Positions 1 through 8,596 of a stretch of 64,000 bases of DNA are shown piece by piece (the stretch's first letter is position 1; each line of letters starts with the position of its first letter). The stretch lies in IMG/VR virus record IMGVR_UViG_3300029954_000006. One strand, given 5' to 3'. The position numbers and the translations under genes were made by a program. The notes beneath the pieces are model-generated. The model had not been told where the DNA came from and ran no database searches. It worked only from the letters and a program-made list of their open reading frames with translations. The DNA is from an uncultured virus (IMG/VR IMGVR_UViG_3300029954_000006) (lineage: Duplodnaviria > Heunggongvirae > Uroviricota > Caudoviricetes).

Positions 1-62
1 TTGGGCAATGCCGCAACGTCGCTTCATTTCCGGCTAGGGAACACATCCACGATGGACACTAT
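1..62. repeat. Terminal direct repeat (circular-assembly overlap), copy 1
   Basis: 1-62 is identical to 63939-64000. Confidence 0.97.
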
Positions 63-282
63 CGATAATGACCCGCTTTCCGGCGCACAAGAGGCGGCAC
101 CGCCGCCGCTCACGGTGCCCGAGGCGCAGGCTGTCTTTGCCCGCCTGACCCGCGCCTACGGCCTGCGATGGACGCCCAGCGTGCCGCGCAGCGCCTGGGA
201 TGAGCTCAACCGCTGCAACGAGGTTCTGACCGAGGATGATCGCCGCGCGGCGATCGGGCTGCCCGCATACAGGGGACGATGA
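52..282 (+). CDS. Hypothetical protein
   Basis: ATG at 52; tightly packed with the downstream ORFs. Confidence 0.55.
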   Translation: MDTIDNDPLSGAQEAAPPPLTVPEAQAVFARLTRAYGLRWTPSVPRSAWDELNRCNEVLTEDDRRAAIGLPAYRGR

Positions 283-283
283 C

Positions 284-481
284 ATGCACAACGTATCCTA
301 CGAGATTGTCGGCGCGAACAAGCTGGTGATTACCGTGGACATTTCCGCCCGCGCGATCACCGCGGCGCCGCCCTCAAGCTCCGGCAAGACCAAACTTGTG
401 GCGTCCTCCGGGGGCACCACGCCGATCGCCGGGCCGACCGGGACGAACCTGAGTTTCGCCCTCAACGTGATGGCGAAGTGA
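284..481 (+). CDS. Small hypothetical protein (beta-rich, PSSSGKTKLVASSGG motif)
   Basis: Natural composition; operon packing. Confidence 0.7.
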   Translation: MHNVSYEIVGANKLVITVDISARAITAAPPSSSGKTKLVASSGGTTPIAGPTGTNLSFALNVMAK

Positions 482-482
482 A

Positions 483-782
483 ATGACCCGGAAATACAAG
501 GTCAAGGTGGCCTTCTGGCTGCAAGCGTTCGAGGCCGTCGACGTGGAGGCGGCGTCAGACGCGGAGGCCATCGTAAAGGCGAAAGCGGCCGCCGTGGAAA
601 TCATGACGAGCCAGGATGGCCCGAGCCATGTTGATTATGACGAGCGCCGCCAAGGGGTGATCGCCTACATCGACCGTTACGAGACGGGCGATAACGACCG
701 CGAGGTTGTAGCGGAGAACGTGAGGTTTGAGGATGACCGCGTTCCCGAGGACCGCGCCGACCCGGAGGGGGTGAAGTCATGA
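483..782 (+). CDS. Acidic hypothetical protein
   Basis: ORF track; stop overlaps the next start (ATGA). Confidence 0.7.
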   Translation: MTRKYKVKVAFWLQAFEAVDVEAASDAEAIVKAKAAAVEIMTSQDGPSHVDYDERRQGVIAYIDRYETGDNDREVVAENVRFEDDRVPEDRADPEGVKS

Positions 783-1330
783 CCTATCGTTTCGCGTTCG
801 CCTGGGGCTACATGGGCCACACGGGCACCCGCGTGAGCGGCACCGGGGAGCCGTTCGAGGTCGCGGTGCGGCACACGGTTTCCGATTACGAGCGCCGCCA
901 CATGAGCGGCGGGGAAGACGCCTTCGTCCAGGCCGTCGCCGAGATCGGAATGCTACGGCGGGAACATAACATCGACCGGGAGATGCCGGCGGAACTGGTC
1001 GCGGCGTTCAACGCGTTTCGCGCCGCCGAGCATGCGCGCTCCATCGTCCAGATCGAGGCGGACCCGCGCAAGTATGGCGTTCTCGACGCCGATGATCCGA
1101 TCCGCGTGCCGCCGATCACCGCCTGGGGTGCCCGCTACGTGCGCGACGTTGGCTGGCACGTCAACGGCGCGCCCGTGCCCGGCCTGTACCCGTGCGGGGG
1201 CTGCGGGGCATGGACTCTACCGTCGGCCCTTGCTCCCGTGCTGGACAGGCGCCGGAACCATTGCCTCACGGACATCGTGGGCCGGATGTGCTCGGCCTGC
1301 GACGCGGGTGCATCGGAGCGCGCGGCATGA
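779..1330 (+). CDS. Hypothetical protein with C-terminal CxxC...CxxC motif
   Basis: CGGC and CSAC; coupled to neighbours. Confidence 0.65.
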   Translation: MTYRFAFAWGYMGHTGTRVSGTGEPFEVAVRHTVSDYERRHMSGGEDAFVQAVAEIGMLRREHNIDREMPAELVAAFNAFRAAEHARSIVQIEADPRKYGVLDADDPIRVPPITAWGARYVRDVGWHVNGAPVPGLYPCGGCGAWTLPSALAPVLDRRRNHCLTDIVGRMCSACDAGASERAA

Positions 1331-1515
1331 GCCAGGACACGCGCCATCGGTGCGACCCGTATCAGCGTCGGGCGCTCTACGATGCGCGGCTGATTTTCTG
1401 TTGCTTCGTCTGCGAGAAGTGCGAGGCGGCGCGGCGGGCCGAGTTCCGCGCCGAGATTTTCAGCGACCCGGATTATGAAACCACCGAGGACATCGAAGGG
1501 GAGTTCTTCTCGTGA
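1327..1515 (+). CDS. Small Cys-containing hypothetical protein
   Basis: MSQDTRHRCD...CCFVCEKCE; overlaps both neighbours. Confidence 0.6.
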   Translation: MSQDTRHRCDPYQRRALYDARLIFCCFVCEKCEAARRAEFRAEIFSDPDYETTEDIEGEFFS

Positions 1516-2033
1516 ACCGCGCGCAACGGCGAAAAATCGGCGCGATCAACGGCGGCTGGGGACCATGGGAACACGGCACCCTGCCGGAGATATCCGAGGC
1601 GCGGATCGCGGAAATCGCCGCGGCGCTGGGCCAGCCCGAGGCGCGGGTGCGGGAGGCCGCGGGGGGCACGCGCGCGGTCGATGCCGTGATGCTCAACGCC
1701 GTCTATCAGGTCAACATTCAGCGCATGCCGGAGGCCGGCGGCTGGCCTGAGATGATCTATCTGTCGATCAAGCGCCGCGACAAGGCGCCGATCGGCGTCG
1801 AGCATTTCCGCGATTTCCAGCGCATCAAGAACGAGCTGGTCGGACCGGAAAACGAGGCGATCGAACTGTATCCCAAGGAAAGCCGCCTCGTCGACATCGC
1901 GAACCAATATCACCTGTTCGTTCTCGCCTCGCCCGCGCATCGATACCCGTTCGGCTTCGGCGAACGGATGGTCAGCGGCGTGAGCGCCGGCGGCGCGGTC
2001 CAGATGCCGTTTGACGATCCGCCGGGGGATTGA
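1512..2033 (+). CDS. Conserved phage hypothetical protein (DUF7694-like)
   Basis: YLSIKRRDKAP...FQRIKNELVGPENEAIELYPKESRLVDIANQYHL. Confidence 0.7.
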   Translation: MNRAQRRKIGAINGGWGPWEHGTLPEISEARIAEIAAALGQPEARVREAAGGTRAVDAVMLNAVYQVNIQRMPEAGGWPEMIYLSIKRRDKAPIGVEHFRDFQRIKNELVGPENEAIELYPKESRLVDIANQYHLFVLASPAHRYPFGFGERMVSGVSAGGAVQMPFDDPPGD

Positions 2034-2154
2034 CGAGGCCATGACGGGGCGCCCGCTTGGCGCCCCCGATGGCGGTCTGATCGAGCGAGTGCCCTGCAAA
2101 TTATCGGAGCCCAGGTGTTGGATATGCGAACAATGACGGCGAAAGACGACGGCG

Positions 2155-2424
2155 ATGGACGGCTCTGAACTGCGCGAGTGCCTGGAAACGATCGGCTGGT
2201 CGATGCGGCACCTCGCCACCGTCCTGGGCCGCGACGAAACAACGGTCCGCCGATGGGGCCGCGACGCACCCGCCACGCCGGCGCAGGTGGCCGCATGGCT
2301 TGCCCTGCTGGCGCAGGCCCATCGGGCCGCGCCGCCGCCCGCCATGGCCCAGGAACCGCCCCAGGCGCGCGCCAGCCGCGGGCGCGCGGCGTTGGCCGAT
2401 CGGAACCGTTCGCGGGCCAGTTGA
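2155..2424 (+). CDS. Small HTH DNA-binding protein
   Basis: LETIGWSMRHLATVLGRDETTVRRW resembles an XRE-type HTH. Confidence 0.65.
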   Translation: MDGSELRECLETIGWSMRHLATVLGRDETTVRRWGRDAPATPAQVAAWLALLAQAHRAAPPPAMAQEPPQARASRGRAALADRNRSRAS

Positions 2425-2563
2425 TCCCGGCGGCGACGCAGTAAATCTGCCGGACAATTTTACTCGCGATCGACACAAGTATTTGCTCGGTCTGGTCGAA
2501 TACTGCGGATAGAGGAAGTTTCGCCGCCACCGAGCGGCGCAACCAACGCAGAGAGACACGAAC

Positions 2564-3277
2564 ATGACGACGCTCGCCAATATGACCGCCGCGAACCTCG
2601 CGATCATCCATAACCGTTTCGCCGCCCGCCCGGTCACCAAGTTCGAGAGCAAGCCGGTCGCGATCAGCCGCACGATGGCGGTCCTCGCGGATCGCGGCAT
2701 CAGCCTCGACGAGGCCCTCGGCCGCGCGCCCGCCGCGGCGCCGATCGTCCCGGCCGCCAAGCGCGCGCCGATCACCGGCCCCGCCGGTGGCCCATCGCCC
2801 GCGACCCTCGGCGCCCGCGCGGCGAAGGCCGATGACGCCGAGCGCGCGGCCGAGGCCAAGGCGGCGGCATGGGAAGGCCTGCCGGCCAAGCCCGCCAAGA
2901 AGCCGACCAAGGCGACCGAGGCGGCCGATCGCCGCGCGGCGGAGAAGATCGCCAAGGGGGCCAAGATGTTCCAGGCCAACAAGGCGCTGATGGAGGAAAA
3001 GGCGGCGAAGGCGGCCAAGCCGACCCGCCGGCCCTACGGCGACAAGCCGACGATCACCGACGCCTGCATCCTGCCGAACCCGCCCGACTTCACCGCGAAT
3101 ACCCACAAACCGTACCGCAAGAAGCTCGATGCCCTGACGGCCCTGGTCGCCGCCCGCGACATCGCCGGCCTCGAAGCGTTCGCGATTAACCCGACCAGCA
3201 CGAGCCCGAAAGCCCTGATCCGCTATCGCGACCGGGCGATCTCCGCGATCCGTTTTCAGAACAACGAGGTGGCGTAA
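2564..3277 (+). CDS. Ala/Lys-rich hypothetical protein
   Basis: Strong GC3 codon bias; own leader region. Confidence 0.8.
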   Translation: MTTLANMTAANLAIIHNRFAARPVTKFESKPVAISRTMAVLADRGISLDEALGRAPAAAPIVPAAKRAPITGPAGGPSPATLGARAAKADDAERAAEAKAAAWEGLPAKPAKKPTKATEAADRRAAEKIAKGAKMFQANKALMEEKAAKAAKPTRRPYGDKPTITDACILPNPPDFTANTHKPYRKKLDALTALVAARDIAGLEAFAINPTSTSPKALIRYRDRAISAIRFQNNEVA

Positions 3278-3546
3278 TGGCCTACCGGCGCCCCGGAAGC
3301 CGGGGCAAGCCGCACGCCGCCGACATCCACGCCGCGGCGGAAATCGCCGCGGCCGTGGGCTTCGCGGTGCATTTCCGCAAGGGGCCGCAAGAAACCTACA
3401 CCGAACAGAGCGCCACGCTGGCGGGCGCCAGGGGCATCGAGGCCACCATGAACGCAACCCATGGGCAGAACGGCCGCCGGGCGGTGGTCTACGCCATCAC
3501 GGCGACCGGCGCGCAATACCCGGTGCCTTCCGTTCGCGCTCGATAA
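3277..3546 (+). CDS. Hypothetical protein
   Basis: TAATG coupling to the upstream gene. Confidence 0.7.
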   Translation: MAYRRPGSRGKPHAADIHAAAEIAAAVGFAVHFRKGPQETYTEQSATLAGARGIEATMNATHGQNGRRAVVYAITATGAQYPVPSVRAR

Positions 3547-3644
3547 TTCTTTCCGGAGGCGAGAGAAAATCTCTCCTGCCCCCGAAATCGCGAGATAGAG
3601 ACTGCCTCGCCGGGCGATGGCGCCCGAGAACAGGATGAAACAAG

Positions 3645-3863
3645 ATGACCCAGACCGATACCGCCGCCGCCGCGTTCATCGTGTGCCTGCCGAGCGGGTA
3701 TAACCTGCGCGGAACGATTTGGACGGACGAACCGGGACGCGCGCAGCGGTTTCCGACACGCGAGGCCGCCGAGGCGGCGTTCGAGCGGGCGAAGAAGTTC
3801 ATGCGGCCGTCGCAAAGGAAACTCGCTCGCATCGTCGCCGCGCCCACGACCACGGAGGGTTAA
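3645..3863 (+). CDS. Small hypothetical protein
   Basis: AGGA RBS; WTDEPGRAQRFPTREAAE. Confidence 0.65.
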   Translation: MTQTDTAAAAFIVCLPSGYNLRGTIWTDEPGRAQRFPTREAAEAAFERAKKFMRPSQRKLARIVAAPTTTEG

Positions 3864-4038
3864 GCGATGAACCTCCCCGCGATCCCGGGGGTGCGGCTGG
3901 AAATCGAAGACGACGGCGGCTTCCCGCTCCTGATCGTCACCGCGCCGCGCGCCGCGATCACGGAGGACATCGTCCGGGCGGCCCATGCGGCTGCCGGCGA
4001 AAACGGCGCGGGCATTGAGTTTCGCGTCGCGGATTGAG

Positions 4039-4770
4039 CTACGGCCGCGCGGGTCCGGTCACGTTCCAAAACAGGACGCAGCCGGTTCCATGCCGCTCGC
4101 GGCAGATTTCCCAGGCCTTGGCGTCGTAGTGCGGATCGGACGGAAACGGCGCGGCGCGCGCGGCGTGCTCGCCAAACCCGCGCGGATAGACGTGGATCGA
4201 CGCGCCGGCGACATCGCCGGCGGACAACGTCCGGCCGACCTGGACGACATGCCGCCGCGCGTCGGGCCACGCCGCCGCGAGCCCCCGCGCCAGCACGCCG
4301 GAACCCGCCGCGCACCATACCTCGTCGGGCGCCTCGCCGGTGGCCCGCGCCGCCGCGGCGATCGCGGCCACCGCCCCCGGCAGATCGAACCCGAACGGCG
4401 CCAGCAACGCCTTGCGGGCCTGCGCATAGGCGCGCGCCCGATGCCGCACCACGTTCAGATATCCCGGCGCGACCTGGAAAATCCGGGCGCCCATCCGCTT
4501 GGCCTCGATCGCGCGCGGATGCGGGTCGGACCGCTTGGCCACGAAGATGGTCGCGCGCTTGCCCAGCCGCGCCGCCGTGTATGCCAGCGCCGTCTGGGCG
4601 CCGCCCTGCGCCGGGCTCGCGTAAACCACCTCGTCGGCGCCGTCGAACAGGTCGCCGGCGAACCGCGCCTTGGTCCCGCCTGGAAACAGGTCGTCGCGCG
4701 CGACGATGATGCCTTCATGCTCGGTCAGGACCGGCGTCGCCGGCATCCAGGCGGCGAGCGCGGCGGGCAC
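4039..4770 (-). CDS. PLP-dependent enzyme, fold type II (PALP family)
   Basis: VARDDLFPGGTKAR (PLP lysine), SPAQGGAQTALA, CAAGSGVLARGL, DPHYDAKAW, LFWNV. Confidence 0.8.
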   Translation of the reverse strand: MPAALAAWMPATPVLTEHEGIIVARDDLFPGGTKARFAGDLFDGADEVVYASPAQGGAQTALAYTAARLGKRATIFVAKRSDPHPRAIEAKRMGARIFQVAPGYLNVVRHRARAYAQARKALLAPFGFDLPGAVAAIAAAARATGEAPDEVWCAAGSGVLARGLAAAWPDARRHVVQVGRTLSAGDVAGASIHVYPRGFGEHAARAAPFPSDPHYDAKAWEICRERHGTGCVLFWNVTGPARP

Positions 4771-4773
4771 CGG

Positions 4774-5673
4774 CTAAAGCTCCTCGCCATACCGGGTGTC
4801 GTCGGGCGGCGCATCCGGGTCGGTGGGCAGCTCGCCGAATTCCACGGGGCCGATCGCGGCCGTGGCTTTGCGCGGATCGCCCTTGCAGAACACGAACAGG
4901 TTCTGATGGGTCTTTCCCATCTTCCTGCTGCTCTCGAATTGCTTGCCCACCCGGATCGAGAGCGATCCCACGGCGGTCACCAGCACCGCCTCGTTGTAGA
5001 GCCGCAGGCCGGCATCCTCGCACGCCTGGACCGTGTGCCAGGGAAAGCCCCGGTAGAACCCCTGCTTGTCCCGCACGTCGCCTACGACGAAGGCCGCGAA
5101 CCGATCGTCGCGCAGGCGCCTGGCCGCGCCCGCGATGATGGCGCGGTAGGCCGTGAGGAACGCCGGATAGGCCATCGCCGAGAGGTCGCGGGGGTCGGTG
5201 CTGTAGACTTCCAGGTCGGCATAAGGCGGGCACGAAAACACGAAATCCGCCATCGTCCCCGACGCGAGCGCCTCGATCTCGCGGCTGTCGCCCTCGATCC
5301 AGACCGGCTCGGGATCGCAACCGATCGCGCTCGCCTGGATCCGGTTGGCCGCGATCTGGCGGGCGCTCAGATCGACACCGATATAACCGCGACCCAGCTT
5401 GGAGGCGACGATGCCGCGCACCGACCCGCCGGCGAAGGGATCGAGAACGATCCCGCCCGGAGGGCAGAACCACCGATAGGCCAACTCGCACAGCACCGGG
5501 TCGAAGATCGACGTGCCGGTGGGCGGTCCGGTGATGTTGTCCGGCATCTTGCCGAACGTCAGGCCCGCCGGCGTGCCCCCGTTGGCGGCCCGGGCGCCGG
5601 CCTTGCGTGCGTCCCTGGCCCGATCCAGGGGCATCGCCGCGCCCCCCTCGATAGCATTTGGAACGCGCGTCAT
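4774..5673 (-). CDS. DNA amino-methyltransferase-like protein (N4-C/N6-A type)
   Basis: Motif I VLDPFAGGSVRG; motif IV-like FSCPPYADLE. Confidence 0.85.
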   Translation of the reverse strand: MTRVPNAIEGGAAMPLDRARDARKAGARAANGGTPAGLTFGKMPDNITGPPTGTSIFDPVLCELAYRWFCPPGGIVLDPFAGGSVRGIVASKLGRGYIGVDLSARQIAANRIQASAIGCDPEPVWIEGDSREIEALASGTMADFVFSCPPYADLEVYSTDPRDLSAMAYPAFLTAYRAIIAGAARRLRDDRFAAFVVGDVRDKQGFYRGFPWHTVQACEDAGLRLYNEAVLVTAVGSLSIRVGKQFESSRKMGKTHQNLFVFCKGDPRKATAAIGPVEFGELPTDPDAPPDDTRYGEEL

Positions 5674-5730
5674 TTGGACCCCGCGGCGATCGCCCGGCCG
5701 CGTCCGTCGCCGCGCTGGCGTTTGGCGTAG

Positions 5731-6381
5731 TCAGCCGCCGGCATGGCGCCGCCGCCCGGCGTCGCGTTCGCCCGGCGGCCAGCCCTCCCGATCGCCTCGC
5801 TCCAGTTCGCCGGCGCGGCCGAGAAGGTCCTCGCCACGGCCCAGTTCGCTCTGGATGCCGAGCGCGATCCAGGCCCGCTTGCGATCCTGCCACCAGCCGT
5901 CACGCGCGTTGAGCACCGAGAACGGTGGCAGCCCGAAGCGGTCCGCCAACTTCGTCGGATCGCCGGGCTCGTCATCATCATCGCCGAGGCGGATCGACTC
6001 CAGTTCGTCGTCATCGAACCCCGTCATCACTCCGAGATTGAGATCGGCCGCCTCCAGCGCGTCGAGTTCGATCCGCAGCAGGCGCATGTCCCACTCGGCT
6101 TCCTCGCCGCTGCGGTTGTCGGCCAGGCGGTAGGCGGCGATTTTCGCCGGCGTGAGGCCCTCGGCGACCTTGATCGGCACTTGCGTCATGCCGAGCAGGC
6201 GCGCCGCCAGCAGCCGCGTGTGGCCCGCGACGACGACCATTTCCGGATCGACGACGATCGGTTGCTGCCAGCCGAATTCGCGCAGGCTGTTGGCGACCTT
6301 ATTGACCGCCTCGGCGCTGATCGCGCGCGGGTTGCCGGGGTAGGGCGCGACCCGGCCGATGGGGACGAGGCGGATTTTCAT
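5731..6381 (-). CDS. ParB N-terminal domain protein with an MTase-type extension
   Basis: YPGNPR...FGWQQPIVVD...VVAGHTRLLAA...YRLADNR, then RFGLPPFSVLNARDGWWQDRKRAW. Confidence 0.85.
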   Translation of the reverse strand: MKIRLVPIGRVAPYPGNPRAISAEAVNKVANSLREFGWQQPIVVDPEMVVVAGHTRLLAARLLGMTQVPIKVAEGLTPAKIAAYRLADNRSGEEAEWDMRLLRIELDALEAADLNLGVMTGFDDDELESIRLGDDDDEPGDPTKLADRFGLPPFSVLNARDGWWQDRKRAWIALGIQSELGRGEDLLGRAGELERGDREGWPPGERDAGRRRHAGG

Positions 6382-6394
6382 AAACTGAACTGAA

Positions 6395-6476
6395 GCCCCT
6401 AAATTTTTTTGCGAGGGAGCGACACATCGGGCGCGCGCAATTCCCCCGATGCGTCGGGGGCCTAGGAGGGAACCAT
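6395..6476 (-). other. Candidate lambda-type cos packaging site
   Basis: Minus-strand GGTTCCC (cosQ-like) precedes the dyad CATCGGG-N13-CCCGATG (6425-6451); intergenic; genome encodes a gpA-type terminase. Confidence 0.45.
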
Positions 6477-6479
6477 TTT

Positions 6480-7094
6480 TCAGCGGGCCGATGCCAGCGC
6501 CTGCACCAATGCCTTCTTCATCGCCGCGGGCATCTGCTTGCGCACCAGCGCCACGCCGCGTTCCTCAAATCGAAGATGAATGCCGACCGGAGCGTTGCGC
6601 GCGAAACTGATGAGCAGATGAAGCCCCTCGCCCGCTTGTCGCGATGCGTTCTCCGTCAATCGTTGCCAGAACCCCATGCGTCCATGCACGCGACCGACGA
6701 AGACATCCTTGCGCGCCGCGACCGACTTGACCTGGCCTTTGCGCAGCTGGCCAAACGCATCGACGCTGATGAACTTCGGATTGAGCAGCGCCTTGCCCGG
6801 CGTGACATGGAGGCCGCCGAACTCGTACGGATCGAGATATTTCGCCACCTCGGGTCGTATGAAGACGGTCGCGAGCGGGCTCGGCTTGGTCGCGCGGTCG
6901 ACCTGCACCGAGTTTTGCGTGAACGGGCGTGGCGATTTGAAGGCGTGCGCGATGTTGCCGCGCTCGGCCTTCTGCACCTGGAACGCGACATCGTTGATGG
7001 CGACCGCGGAAGCGAACGGCACTTGCTTGCTCGCGAAGGTGTTTAGCCCCTTGGTCGCCGCCTTGATGTCCGCATGAACCGAGATCGCGACCAT
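6480..7094 (-). CDS. Phage morphogenesis protein (lambda gpZ-like tail completion family)
   Basis: KQVPFASAVAINDVA...FKSPRPFTQNSV; last gene before the candidate cos. Confidence 0.6.
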   Translation of the reverse strand: MVAISVHADIKAATKGLNTFASKQVPFASAVAINDVAFQVQKAERGNIAHAFKSPRPFTQNSVQVDRATKPSPLATVFIRPEVAKYLDPYEFGGLHVTPGKALLNPKFISVDAFGQLRKGQVKSVAARKDVFVGRVHGRMGFWQRLTENASRQAGEGLHLLISFARNAPVGIHLRFEERGVALVRKQMPAAMKKALVQALASAR

Positions 7095-7252
7095 TGGAAA
7101 CGGCGCCCTTCCACCAGACGCCATCGTAACGTATTCTGACCGGCGGAAGGCGGCCGGAGAGCCGTCCGAGGACGCGTGAACTGCCTGCCCCGGTCGGCGT
7201 CCTGGTACACCGGCGGCTGGGGCGGGCGTTTTCCGGACCAAGGGGAAAAGCG

Positions 7253-7456
7253 ATGCGCTGTCTTTGCTGCGAACACGAACTGACGAAGCGCGGCGATCCC
7301 GCCACGCCGGAACGAGCGCATCGCGCCCTCGCGGTGCTGCGCGCGATGGGATGGACGCGCGAGAAGCTACTGGCCGAACGCGCGCGCGTGGATTTCGCCA
7401 TGCCTGGATTGTCGGAAATGATCGAGCGCGGCGAGGTGCCGTTTCCGGCATCGTGA
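7253..7456 (+). CDS. Small hypothetical protein
   Basis: Purine-rich RBS-like sequence upstream; opposite strand to neighbours. Confidence 0.45.
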   Translation: MRCLCCEHELTKRGDPATPERAHRALAVLRAMGWTREKLLAERARVDFAMPGLSEMIERGEVPFPAS

Positions 7457-7709
7457 CCGCCGCGCGCGGTTTTCGGGGGGTAATCGTGCCAGACAGCGAT
7501 GACGACGGGATGTATGGCCGCGACGACGGCTCCCTGGTGCCGTTCGCGCAATGCACGCACACCGAACTGCTGATCGTTATTGAGCAGCTGCGCCGGGACC
7601 GCCGCTTTCTCCGCGGGCACATCCACGAGCTGCTCGAGGTCAAGGACGAACGTGTCCGTCGACAGGCGTTTGAGGACGCCGCCCGGGCGATCCTGGCGAT
7701 GCGGTGAAT

Positions 7710-7988
7710 CCGCTCAGTTCCAGCGCCGATTGCGTGGCGCGGGGCCGCTCAATGAACATGTCGGGCTGGCGCGTCGCGGCTTCGATGCGGCGGCATGTTT
7801 TCGCGCGTGTCGTCATAGGACGCATAAGAAACGCCGTCTCGAATTGACCATTTTGTATTCGATTCCATGAAATTAACGCCATACGGCGGATCAGTAACCA
7901 CCGCATCCACCGCGCCCAACGTCGGGATCACATCGCGACAATCGCCAAGTATCAGCGTGCAATCCCCAATCGTCTCGACGCGCGTCAT
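7710..7988 (-). pseudogene. Internally deleted N4/N6 DNA methyltransferase
   Basis: N-terminus IGDCTLILGDC...VVTDPPYG is joined out of frame near 7797 to the C-terminal tail CRRIEAATRQPDMF; no FxGxG motif. Confidence 0.75.
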
Positions 7989-8596
7989 GCCGCCGTCTCG
8001 CACCAATACGGCGTCCGCACGGCCCGCGCGGACGCCGAGATCGGCGCGGATGCCCACCAACGCCGGACGGATGAGGCCACTGAGGTAGATGACGCTGCGG
8101 TCGCATGATCGATCATCAGGCGCCGCGTGCCGGATCCCGGCGCCGCATGGCCGTAACCGCGGCCTGATGATCGGAAATCATGCGCTCGCGCCGCCGCAGC
8201 AGCCAGGTCGCGACATAGAGCGCGTCGCCGTCCCGCCGGCATTGGTCGAGCGGCAGCCACACGCGGGAGGGCCGCGCGGGATCGAGGTCGAGCATAATCG
8301 CGTGGTCGGTCCAGCCCGCCACCTCGCCGTTCCAGCGGTCAAGGTGGGAAAAGCCATCGTGGTCGGTGATTCTCGGGATTCGCGCGACCAGATCGGCGAC
8401 GCCGGACAGCGGCCGTCCCATCAATCGTCCGCCGGTTGGAGCGCGCGCCGCAGATCCAGGAAGGCATCGCGGTTGATGCGCACCTGGTCGTCGCCCAGGC
8501 GAACATCGACGTGACGCGCTAAAATGGCCCGTGCCGCGATCTCGATGCGAACCAGACGGGCAAACTCGGCGGGGGCCAGCAGTATGGGCTCGTCCA

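Noticed and set aside
1..62. End repeat as a biological terminal repeat or att site
   Set aside because: It cuts into a gene start and is best explained as circular-assembly overlap; a gpA terminase predicts cos ends
1910..5730. Long ORFs 1910-3457(-) and 3985-5730(+), and similar ones such as 46879-49176 and 58552-59952
   Set aside because: Arg/Gly/Pro-rich shadow frames antisense to well-supported genes in high-GC DNA
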